A stretch of DNA of 62,473 nucleotides, the filler included, from Deltaproteobacteria bacterium (GTDB lineage Bacteria; JAUYMQ01): assembly GCA_030698575.1 (NCBI GenBank). It is 11 parts of 11 records of this genome, joined end to end, with 100 filler letters (N's around TTAATTAATTAA, not from the genome) between each part and the next. Parts side by side here need not be neighbours in the genome. Positions count along the whole stretch, not along the records: positions 28,679 to 34,119 come from JAUYMQ010000423.1; positions 34,220 to 39,525 come from JAUYMQ010000243.1; positions 39,626 to 44,715 come from JAUYMQ010000251.1; 8 more parts are not named here. One strand, given 5' to 3'. The notes beneath the pieces were generated by a model. It saw only the letters and a list, made by a program, of their open reading frames with translations. It was not told the origin of the DNA and did no database searches. Positions 31,507 to 39,691 of the stretch are shown here, piece by piece. The stretch's first letter is position 1. Each line of letters starts with the position of its first letter. The position numbers and the translations under genes were made by a program.

Positions 31507-32214
31507 TCAAGCAGAGCGCGGAACCCCGGGGACAGTCCCACTTTTCGGGGATGCCCTCGGGCTGGTCAACGCCTGGGTGAAAAGTGGGACTGAAAAGTGG
31601 GACAGTCCCCCGGGAGCGGTGGGCCGGTAGCCCGCCGCCAGGGTTTGAACCGTGCATGCCGGCGTGAGCACCGTGACGGGCATGGCTCCCGGTCGATCCA
31701 CCGAAGCGACGTAGCCAGCGAACGACCACTGGTAGAGACGGTCGCCCCAGACGAGCCACGCGTGCGTCTGATCCTCAGACCGAAGAATCATCGCACCGTC
31801 CGGCAGGCCGGCCAGATCGGCGGCATGGCGGCGCTGGGTCTTGCCCTCCAGGCGATCCTTGTGGAGCTGAACATTCAATTGTGTTGCTGACGGCCTGGCG
31901 CCACGCGCCTTCTGCCAGGCTTCCAGAAACCGGTTGTAATCCGCCCGCCGGCACTCCGCGCACGGCCGGTGCCCTGCAGCGAGTGCCGTGGGCTCGTCCA
32001 GGAAGAAAAGCTCGGTGTACGATTTCGGGGTCATGACTTGACGCTTGCGGCCCTTGAATTCGAGCAGGCAGCAAACCCAGCAATTCGTATTCCAGCGCCT
32101 CTTTAGAAGCCGGCGGTGTTCGTCATGCAGCCCGCCCCGATTCCCCAGGAAGGCGCCCCTCTCGGGGGTGGCCACAATCTCGCCGAACGGTGAAACGCGA
32201 TTCTGGAGAGGCAT
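31507..32214 (-). CDS. Conserved hypothetical protein with Ada-type Zn-binding motif; C-terminus extended by a repeat element
   Basis: LQNRVSPFG, GNRG, WVCC, YTELFFLDEPTALAAGHRPCAECRR; GAAGGGG RBS. Confidence 0.8.
   Translation of the reverse strand: MPLQNRVSPFGEIVATPERGAFLGNRGGLHDEHRRLLKRRWNTNCWVCCLLEFKGRKRQVMTPKSYTELFFLDEPTALAAGHRPCAECRRADYNRFLEAWQKARGARPSATQLNVQLHKDRLEGKTQRRHAADLAGLPDGAMILRSEDQTHAWLVWGDRLYQWSFAGYVASVDRPGAMPVTVLTPACTVQTLAAGYRPTAPGGLSHFSVPLFTQALTSPRASPKSGTVPGVPRSA
31518..31614. repeat. REP/MITE-like palindromic element (GGGACAGTCCC family), copy 1
   Basis: GGGACAGTCCCACTTTTC ... GAAAAGTGGGAC(AGTCCC) inverted ends. Confidence 0.7.
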
Positions 32215-32348
32215 GTCCGTTACCCCTTCTCCCCGGGTGGAGGACTTCCTTTCACGCTTATCGCTTCACGTGCGTGGGGGTCAAGTGGAGCGGATCACGG
32301 GTATCGGTTAAGCTCGGACCTCTTGGATGTGAAGCGGGGGAGAGAAAT

Positions 32349-34119
32349 TTGCGAAGACTCCGAACGATAGTAGCGTTGCTCGTGACAGCGCTCGTCTTCG
32401 GTTGCCCTTCGGCCGCGGAGAAGCCGGACGGCGAGCCATCACCTGCCGTTAAGGAGAGCACCGACGCGGCACCGTCGAAGGAGACCGCGGAAGCCCCGGC
32501 ACCTGAAACATCGCCCGACGACACCCTCCGCACCATCGTCCTCGTCATCGACGGACTCCAGCCCGGCGACGTACGCCCCGGCCTGGCCCCGGAACTGTGC
32601 CGCGCGGCCCACTGCCCCGGCACGACCACGCCCGACCCCGCGAGCCACGCCACCCTCTACACCCAGGCGCGCGCCGCGATGCCGACGCAGACCAACCCGA
32701 ACCACGTCGCCATGATGACCGGCGAGTACGGCGCGCGGTCGGGCCTCGTCGGCAACGCGTTCTACAACCGCACCCTCCAGCAGGCCCAGCGGATGGAGGA
32801 CCCGGCGCTGATCGGGGTGCCGACGATCTTTGACCTCTTTGCTGCGGAACCTCGGGGACAGTCCCCGCCCCATCCGACGAAGAAGGGACAGTCCCCCTTT
32901 TCGGAAACGCCGTCTGGTGACGGAACGCCGCGGAGAAAAGTGGGACAGTCCCTTACGGCAGCGGTGTTCGGCAAGGAGAAGCTCCGCAAGCTGTTCGACT
33001 GCACGCGGCGGGGCGATGGGTGCGGGACGAGCAACGCGAATCCCGAAGAGATCTTCGTCACGCACGTGGCGCCCGACATCCTGAAGGGCTCGGCCGAGTC
33101 GCCCGCGCCCGAGGGCGACGACTGCCCGGCCGATCCGGCGGCGAGCTACGGCGTGGCGCAGGATGCGTGCATCATGGATCGCGTGATCGAGATCATCGAT
33201 CGCGACGACCCGGCCTTCGTCTTTGTGAACCTGGGCCGTGTCGATTTCGAGCAGCACGCCCACGGGCCGGGGAGCCCGGAGGCCGACGACGCCATCAAGG
33301 AGGCCGATCGGCAGGTGGGGCGCCTCGTTGCGCATCTGAAGGAGAAGGGCCTCTGGGTGCGCACGGTGCTCTTCGTGCTGAGCGACCACTCGTTCTCGCG
33401 GCAGTCTGCCGAGGCGCCGCACGTGATCGATCTCGACGCGCTCTTCGAGGCAGACCGCAAGAAGCGGCCGCGCGCCTGGGGCACGCATGGCGGGCTCGAG
33501 CAGCCTTACAGCGTGATCACCGGCGGTGGCGCGGCGACGGTGGTGCTGACCGACCTCCGGGCCGACGCGCGGTATCTGAGCCCCGCGAACGCCGAGGCGC
33601 TGAAACGCATGCGCGAGGTGGCACTGTTTGCGAGGCAGGGAAGGCCGCGGGCGGGCGTGTCGGAAGCGCTCTACCGCATCGAGAACCCGCGCGACAAGGG
33701 GCACACGCTCAGCGAGGTGCGCCCGGCGTGGCGCATCGACTCGCCGCGGCTGGGCGAGCTGCTGGTGACGGCGGAGGCGGGGAAAGGCGACGGCAAGCCC
33801 GGCTACGTCTTCGCGCAGCGCGACTCGTTTGCGGCGAGGGCGCCGGGGAACCACGGGCATCCCGGCACGCGGCACATTCCGTTCGTCGTCGTGAGCGGGG
33901 GCGATTTCGTGGTCGATCAGATCGTCGAGGCGTCAAACCCCGCGGCCATCAACGAGGCGGACGACACGGCGGCGCTTCCGGAGCAGGCCGAAGTGGTCGA
34001 CGTGGCGCCGACGGTGCTCTGGTTGCACGGGCTGCTGCCGCCGGAAGCGAACGATGCGACCGCGCTCTTGCCGATGGCGGAGGGGCGCGTGCTCAGGGAG
34101 GCGTTCAAGGAGGGGTGGG
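32349..34119 (+). CDS. Alkaline phosphatase/nucleotide pyrophosphatase-family lipoprotein (runs to contig end)
   Basis: VFGC lipobox-like, VLVIDGL, catalytic Thr in PTQTNPNH, LSDH, GNHGH, VVDVAPT. Confidence 0.85.
32844..32952. repeat. REP/MITE-like palindromic element (GGGACAGTCCC family), copy 2, in frame inside the CDS
   Basis: Three GGGACAGTCCC units; shares GCGGAACCYCGGGGACAGTCCC and GAAAAGTGGGACAGTCCC with copy 1. Confidence 0.7.
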
Positions 34120-34219
34120 NNNNNNNNNNNNNNNNNNNNNNNNNNNNNNNNNNNNNNNNNNNNTTAATTAATTAANNNNNNNNNNNNNNNNNNNNNNNNN
34201 NNNNNNNNNNNNNNNNNNN

Positions 34220-34499
34220 GCAGCGTGGTGGTCGCCTGTCCGTTGCGACTCACCGACCGCAGCTCCACGAGGCCGGGCGTCGCGGCGATGGCAGCTTCGA
34301 GCGGTTCCGCGACGAACCGCGACACCTCGGGCGCTGCGGCGCCGGGGTAGTTGGTGCGGATCGTGAGGATGGGGAGGGTGACGTCGGGGAGCAGGGAGAC
34401 GGGGAGGCGGCCGAGGCTCACCGCGCCGAGGAGGACCAAGGCGAGCGTGGCGGCCACGGTGGTGACCGGGCGGCGGAGGGCGTGAGCGGGGAGGGACAT
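34220..34499 (-). CDS. RND efflux permease (AcrB/AcrD/AcrF family) N-terminus, truncated
   Basis: RRPVTT, LPVSLLPDVTLPILTIRTNYPGAAAPEV...EPLE, LRSVS. Confidence 0.88.
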
Positions 34500-34739
34500 G
34501 CGTACTGCCCGCTAGGGTACACCCGGCCGATGAAAAGGGGAACCTGGAGGCCTACAGCCCATCGGGCAGCGGCACCGCCACCAGAACCGCCACCGCGGGA
34601 ACGGTGAGATACAGGTTACCACGCGAGCGATCCAGCGCGAACCTAGCGCCGCGCACGTGGGGCAGGATGACCCGCGCGCGGATCTCACCACCGCGCCCAA
34701 CACGACGAGTACCGACGAATCGCTCCCATTACAAACGCC

Positions 34740-34773
34740 GAGCGGCGGGGCTGGTTCCTCGCCCCCGCCGCTC
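34740..34773 (-). terminator. Hairpin downstream of the Cys-rich peptide gene
   Basis: Perfect 11-bp stem GAGCGGCGGGG/CCCCGCCGCTC, weak U-tract. Confidence 0.45.
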
Positions 34774-34816
34774 CGCGTGGCTGACGTCAAGAGTGAGCGC
34801 GCTGTGCACTACCGCC

Positions 34817-35020
34817 CTATGGGAATGTGCAAAGGTAGCAGCAACCGGAGCCGCCTTGGCACTCGAATCCACACCAATCGTAGTGCGGTTCGCAGGCTAC
34901 CTTCGCGGCCTGCGCCACGCTTGGAGTGAAAGCAACGAGCGAGAATCCCAGAATGGCGCCGGCGCCGCCGACCAGCAGGCAGGTCACCAGCGAACGGACT
35001 TGCGTTTTGATGGCATTCAT
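34817..35020 (-). CDS. Small secreted Cys-rich peptide A (67 aa precursor)
   Basis: GGAGGT RBS 7 nt before ATG; signal ending PSVAQA; predicted mature AKVACEPHYDWCGFECQGGSGCCYLCTFP (6 Cys). Confidence 0.75.
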   Translation of the reverse strand: MNAIKTQVRSLVTCLLVGGAGAILGFSLVAFTPSVAQAAKVACEPHYDWCGFECQGGSGCCYLCTFP

Positions 35021-35115
35021 AGCACTCACCTCCCTTCAAGGCACGGACACCCCGTGCTGGATAGCACGTCACATGCACGGCATACAGCGCGCTCTCTCAC
35101 CGCCGCGACGCGTCG

Positions 35116-35703
35116 TTAGTGGGCACTTTGGATGGTTTGCCGACAGCCACCCAAGACGTCGGACAAAACCAGTAGCTGCTGCGGGGATGGATTACTGGCT
35201 TCCACAGCGCCCGTCACGAGCACTACCCTAGACGCCGAGTCCACCAGTACCACCAGCGGGGTGGTGGCGCCCGCCAGGCCAACGTCCTCCAGCGCACTGA
35301 TCGCGTGAACCGATCCAGGGAATCGATACCGCCCTGCGAAGCTGCTAACGGTGGCTGTATCCTTCCCGACGCCGAACACGGCAAGAGCGAGCGCACCAGG
35401 TCCGCCGCACTCCTCCGCCAGGCGCCGCCAGTACCCGAGTTGCTGGGCGGCACAGGCGGTGCAATCCACGCCCGAGAGAATCCACGCGGCGGCGCCGCGG
35501 CGCGGCGAGGTGCCGCCAAGGAGCGACCCCTTCCCACAGCACAGCTTCCCGCCGTCAGGAGTCGAGAGGATGCGACCCACGAGCCACCTTGCGCCGGACG
35601 GGCTAGTAGATCCGCCCCCACGGTTGTGGCCCACGTACGCACCGGCGGCCCCCCCGGTCACCAAGATTATTCCCAACGCGACAGCATAGCTGCGTGCGTT
35701 CAT
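35116..35703 (-). CDS. Membrane-anchored thioredoxin-fold (redoxin) protein
   Basis: N-terminal TM, DCTAC (CxxC), TTPLVVLVD cis-Pro loop; ATGA overlap with the propeller gene. Confidence 0.72.
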   Translation of the reverse strand: MNARSYAVALGIILVTGGAAGAYVGHNRGGGSTSPSGARWLVGRILSTPDGGKLCCGKGSLLGGTSPRRGAAAWILSGVDCTACAAQQLGYWRRLAEECGGPGALALAVFGVGKDTATVSSFAGRYRFPGSVHAISALEDVGLAGATTPLVVLVDSASRVVLVTGAVEASNPSPQQLLVLSDVLGGCRQTIQSAH

Positions 35704-36803
35704 TGGCGAGCCCACCCCCGACAGACGATGACTGTATTAGCCGGCTCGTCCGCGGAGTTCAGAAAGACCACAGTGTCACCGCGAGAACGGACCGGCCGAA
35801 ACGGGATTTCCTCGACGGACACCAATCGCTTGCTCTCCCGGGAATAGAGGCCTAGGTAATAGTGGCGAGTGTCATCCACGAAGGTCTCCCAGCCCAGCAG
35901 CGCCGCTGACGAGTCGGGCACCCCGACGAAGAACAAGTGGCTAAAGGATCTCGCCCACTGGTAGAAACTCCCCTGACCTGCGAATCGCGCGGGCGGCAAG
36001 ACGGGTCGGCGATACGCCGCCGCTTGACCCTCCCAGGAGTCCACGAGTCTCCCATCGGGAGCATAGAACTGCACGCCGAGCGCGTACGGGACCACGACGG
36101 CGATGAATGAGCCTGTTGGATCCGCCGCCAGGCTGACGTCGCGAACAAAGCGGATGCGAAACGTGGCTCTGCGGTCCTCGGGCGCGAAGCCCAGCGGCTG
36201 CTCGCCGGACTCAATGTTCACCATCCGCGCCATGTGCGGGAACGCCGGCGCAACAGAGGACGCGGTGTGATCCAAGACGCCGAGGAGCACGGAAGCGTCG
36301 TCGAGTCTGCTCAAACGAGTTCCGCCGGAGAATCGTGGGCCATGGGGATCGCGAATCACCGTGCCGCTGGCCCCAAAAAGCACGATTCCCTTGTACCGAT
36401 CGAGAACGAGCAACTGCCCCTCGCTCACCCACACGGCATCGATTGGATCTCGAAACTCACCCGGACCGCTGCCGGGTGCGCCGAATACACGCGTCGGCCG
36501 ACCGAGGGTGTCGAACTGAAAAACCCGCTTTTCGATCGGATCGGCGATCGCGACGCCCCACCGGACGTCAAAGTCGATCGAGCGAATCGTTCCCACGACT
36601 GGAGAGTCCGACGGCAACCGGATCACGAGCGGCACGCGGCACTGCGCCCAGAAGCGGTCCAGGCCTCCAAGTGCCTCCTCTACCGGCGGCGGTACATACG
36701 CCGCGCCATCAGCACGTGCTTCACACGAGGCGCACGCTGCGGTCACCGCGAGCGCGAACAGACTGGCCGGCATGCGACGCCACGGGCAAGAGTTGGACGG
36801 CAC
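35700..36803 (-). CDS. 6-bladed beta-propeller protein (NHL-like), probably exported or lipoprotein
   Basis: IAD...RVFQFDTLG...FGAPGSGPGEFRDP, LLVLD, VQFYAPDG repeats; signal-like N-terminus with Cys. Confidence 0.8.
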   Translation of the reverse strand: MPSNSCPWRRMPASLFALAVTAACASCEARADGAAYVPPPVEEALGGLDRFWAQCRVPLVIRLPSDSPVVGTIRSIDFDVRWGVAIADPIEKRVFQFDTLGRPTRVFGAPGSGPGEFRDPIDAVWVSEGQLLVLDRYKGIVLFGASGTVIRDPHGPRFSGGTRLSRLDDASVLLGVLDHTASSVAPAFPHMARMVNIESGEQPLGFAPEDRRATFRIRFVRDVSLAADPTGSFIAVVVPYALGVQFYAPDGRLVDSWEGQAAAYRRPVLPPARFAGQGSFYQWARSFSHLFFVGVPDSSAALLGWETFVDDTRHYYLGLYSRESKRLVSVEEIPFRPVRSRGDTVVFLNSADEPANTVIVCRGWARQ

Positions 36804-37256
36804 AAGCCAATATGTAGAGCGCCCCGGTGCAAGTGGATAGAGTACGAACAGGGATTCCGTGGTACGAAACCGAGGCAGGGGGACCCTACTTCACGTCACG
36901 CCGTGTTCTGCCTACCTACCGTCGCGAGGGTACTCAATGTGCGCGAGTTCCCGTTGCGCGATAGGCTCGCGTCCTCCCTCCGTGCGCCGCTTGAGCAGTT
37001 TCCCGCCGGGTCCCGGGCCTGAGTGGCGCTTGATCCGGTGGCGGGTCTACGGCACGGGGGGCAGCGCTCGCCTATGATAGATGAGCTCGGAGTTCGTTGG
37101 CGGTCCGCGCTCCAGGCGGGGTCTCCCTTCGACGCCATCGGCACCGAAGCCGTGGAATTCGACTCGACGGCAGTTTCGGCAAGTTCCCTCAGCCGACCAG
37201 GAGTCACACGCGGCACGGTCGCTGTTACGTCACCTGTTAACCCCACGGGAGGTCCT

Positions 37257-37447
37257 ATGCATACGGTTCTTGACAAGGCTTCAAGTCTTGGGTTACTCGC
37301 CAGCGCTTTGCTGTCTGTCGCCGTGGTGGTGGTGACCCCGACCGTCGGCCTCGCTGCCACGTGCTCTATCACGTGCGAGAGGTGCACATTGGACCTGAAC
37401 ACGAGCATCACGACCTGCACGAACTGTACGATCACTGCAGGTCCTGA
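37257..37447 (+). CDS. Small secreted Cys-rich peptide B (probable 1-bp deletion near the C-terminus)
   Basis: GGAGG RBS; signal ending PTVGLA; ATCSITCERCTLDLNTSITTCTNCTIT; TGC AGG TCC TGA lies one base out of frame. Confidence 0.65.
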
Positions 37448-38754
37448 GGGGCGGGACAACCGAAAGGAGGAGTTGTATGCGCAGCATCCGTTTGGCGCTG
37501 CCCGGTTTGCAGCACTAGTGCGGCAGCCGCGATCGCCTTCTCACCGTCACCTGCGCGGGCCGCGCGGCAGTGCTGGTGACAGTGTGACGAGTGGACGTGC
37601 AATTTATAAGCCGGCACTTGCACGTGCAAGAACTGCACTATTTTCCTGCCCCGCGGGGCCGGGGCAGACACGAGCTGCGAGTTTGCTTCCCGCACCGCCA
37701 GATCGAAGGGACGCGGGTCGAATCGCACGAGTACCGCGCCGCTGTCCACCCGATCGCCGGGCCGTACGATCACCGCATCGACCGTTCCCTGCGCCTCGCC
37801 CTTCAAACTCACTTGGCGCTCCGCCCGTACCTGGCCGGTAGTGCGAATAGTCAGCACCAGATCGCCCCGCCGCACCACGGCACCCACGACGGGGAGAGCG
37901 ATGGCGCTGTCCGTCCCGGCGGTAGCCGCGACCGCCACCGACCCAGCACCCTGCCCCGCAGCTTTGTCACGGCATGCCGCCCCGGCGAGCGGGACCAGCA
38001 GAATCGCGAGCGACGCACCGAGCGCCTTCAGCCGCCGCAGCGCGCGCGCCGACCCGCGCTGTGCCCGCTCCATCTGGCGGCGCAGATTCGACGGATCGCC
38101 AATCCCGGCGAGCCGCCGGGCCAGCGGAACGCGCAGCCGGTGGACTCTGACGAGCTGCTCGAAGACCACCCAGCGCACGTACGTGATGAAATGCTCGACG
38201 CGGCCGAACCCGAGCGCCTCGAGCGTCCGCTTGACCGTCGCGAGCGAGATTGCGGCGGCGGCGGCGAGCTGAGCGGGATGCCGGACCTCCCACGACCCTT
38301 CGCACACAGCTCGCACCAGCGGCTCCACCTCTTCGAGGCCAGGCTCCCGCGCCAACACCAGCGCCGCGATTTCCGCTGAGCTCGGTCCCGCGACGCGCTG
38401 CAGCAGTGATGCCGTCAGCGACTGCAAGCCCGCCGCGCGCTCCTTTTCGCCGCAGTAAACGAAGTGCACGTTGGGCCAGCGCGCGGCGTCGAGCCAGTGG
38501 GCCGACACTGTGCAGTCCCCGTACACGAGCCAGACTTCGAGACGAGCGAGGACGGGAAGCAGCTGACGGGGGTCGCGGGAGTGAGGCCCGTCGTCGAGGT
38601 CGACCACCAACAGATCTGCAGAGCCCAGCGTGCGGACAGGGGGCGGTCTGGCGTGGTGCCGCACCCGCGTGTGCCGACCCAAGCGCTCCTCCAGCACGGC
38701 AACCAGCGCGGAGCGATCGGGCGCGACGACGTGGAGCGACGGCTCAAGGCCCAC
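37432..38754 (-). CDS. AraC-like HTH regulator fused to an RND periplasmic adaptor (MFP) N-terminus; adaptor similarity ends near 37684
   Basis: PAQLAAAAAISLATVKR...LAGIGDPSNLRR, then a TM, then LPVVGAVVRRGDLVLTIRTTGQV..GTVDAVIVRPGDRVDSGAVLVRFDP; start uncertain. Confidence 0.65.
   Translation of the reverse strand: MGLEPSLHVVAPDRSALVAVLEERLGRHTRVRHHARPPPVRTLGSADLLVVDLDDGPHSRDPRQLLPVLARLEVWLVYGDCTVSAHWLDAARWPNVHFVYCGEKERAAGLQSLTASLLQRVAGPSSAEIAALVLAREPGLEEVEPLVRAVCEGSWEVRHPAQLAAAAAISLATVKRTLEALGFGRVEHFITYVRWVVFEQLVRVHRLRVPLARRLAGIGDPSNLRRQMERAQRGSARALRRLKALGASLAILLVPLAGAACRDKAAGQGAGSVAVAATAGTDSAIALPVVGAVVRRGDLVLTIRTTGQVRAERQVSLKGEAQGTVDAVIVRPGDRVDSGAVLVRFDPRPFDLAVREANSQLVSAPAPRGRKIVQFLHVQVPAYKLHVHSSHCHQHCRAARAGDGEKAIAAAALVLQTGQRQTDAAHTTPPFGCPAPQDLQ
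37477..37655 (+). pseudogene. Degenerate paralog of peptide B (peptide C)
   Basis: AAGGAGG RBS; MRSIRLALPGL(fs)AAAAIAFSPSPARAARQCW*QCDEWTCNL*AGTCTCKNCTI; aligns to B without gaps in the Cys region. Confidence 0.65.
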
Positions 38755-38879
38755 AGCGATACCCGCGTGGCGGGAGAGGGCAACCTGGAGCCTGAAGAGT
38801 ATGAGTGCCCGCGAGACGGGGCAAGATTCCAACGGAGGGGCCAGGGAGCACAAAAGGTTTGGGTGAAGTGTGAACGCCC

Positions 38880-39400
38880 TCACATCCGCTTGTACCTGGG
38901 ACCGCTCCCACCCTCGCGCGGCGTCCAGCGGGGTCCGAGCACGTCGGTCGCCTTGCAATCCACGCAGTTCGGCGCATTGACCCGCAGGCCGCCTTCCACC
39001 GCTTCATAAACCCCCGCCGGGCACATGTGCGCGTAGAATCGCGCGACATCGGCCGAAACACCCTGGCCCACGACGAGATGGCTGGGAATCGTGTCCCGCG
39101 TCGCGTTCCCGGACTTGAAGGCCGCATCCACCTTGCTGAACGTTAGCCTACCATCCGGGGTGAATGGCGGTCCCGGGCAAGACGGGCGCGGGGCCTCGGC
39201 GTCGGCAGCATCCGATACTTCCCATTGGGAAACCGGCCGCCGGTGAGCGTCATCAGCGCCGCCTGCAGCCCGCCGAGGTAGAATCCGTCGCGGAACGCAA
39301 GCCGCATGTTGCGTGTCCGGTAGAGATCCGCAGCGATGTAGGATTCGTTCACCATGCGGTCATACTCGCCAAGCGCCGTCCCCGCCCCTTCCCCACCCTT
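38880..39400 (-). pseudogene. ETF-ubiquinone oxidoreductase C-terminal fragment (4Fe-4S), frameshifted
   Basis: DLYRTRNMRLAF; SGNATRDTIPSHL, CPAGVYE, NCVDCKA, WTPREGGSGPRY in different frames. Confidence 0.75.
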
Positions 39401-39408
39401 CAGCGCCC

Positions 39409-39525
39409 GGCGTGCGGATCGTGAGGACGGGGAGCGTGACGTCGGGCAGCAGGGAGACCGGGAGGCGGCCTAGGCTCACCGCGCCGAGGAGGACCAGGGC
39501 GAGTGGCGGCCACGGTCGTGACCGG
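39409..39525 (-). repeat. Diverged second copy of the RND permease 5' end (direct repeat of ~34353-34469)
   Basis: Near-identical DNA with mostly synonymous differences and a 2-bp deletion; fused to the ETF-QO fragment. Confidence 0.8.
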
Positions 39526-39691
39526 NNNNNNNNNNNNNNNNNNNNNNNNNNNNNNNNNNNNNNNNNNNNTTAATTAATTAANNNNNNNNNNNNNNNNNNN
39601 NNNNNNNNNNNNNNNNNNNNNNNNNCGATGCCGGCCGAAGGGATCCTGGGTCCCCTCGACTGGCTCCGCATGGGCACGCTCGGGGGCGCGC

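Noticed and set aside
31518..32952. CRISPR array
   Set aside because: The repeats are short palindromes in mixed orientation with irregular spacing, and no cas genes are visible in the window.
37577..37579. In-frame TGA in peptide C read as selenocysteine
   Set aside because: It aligns to Ile, not Cys, in peptide B. The gene also has a TAA and a frameshift, so decay or sequence error is simpler.
37023..37841. 272-aa ORF in the track
   Set aside because: An artefact of an upstream GTG and read-through past the frameshift. The RBS-supported start is 37257.
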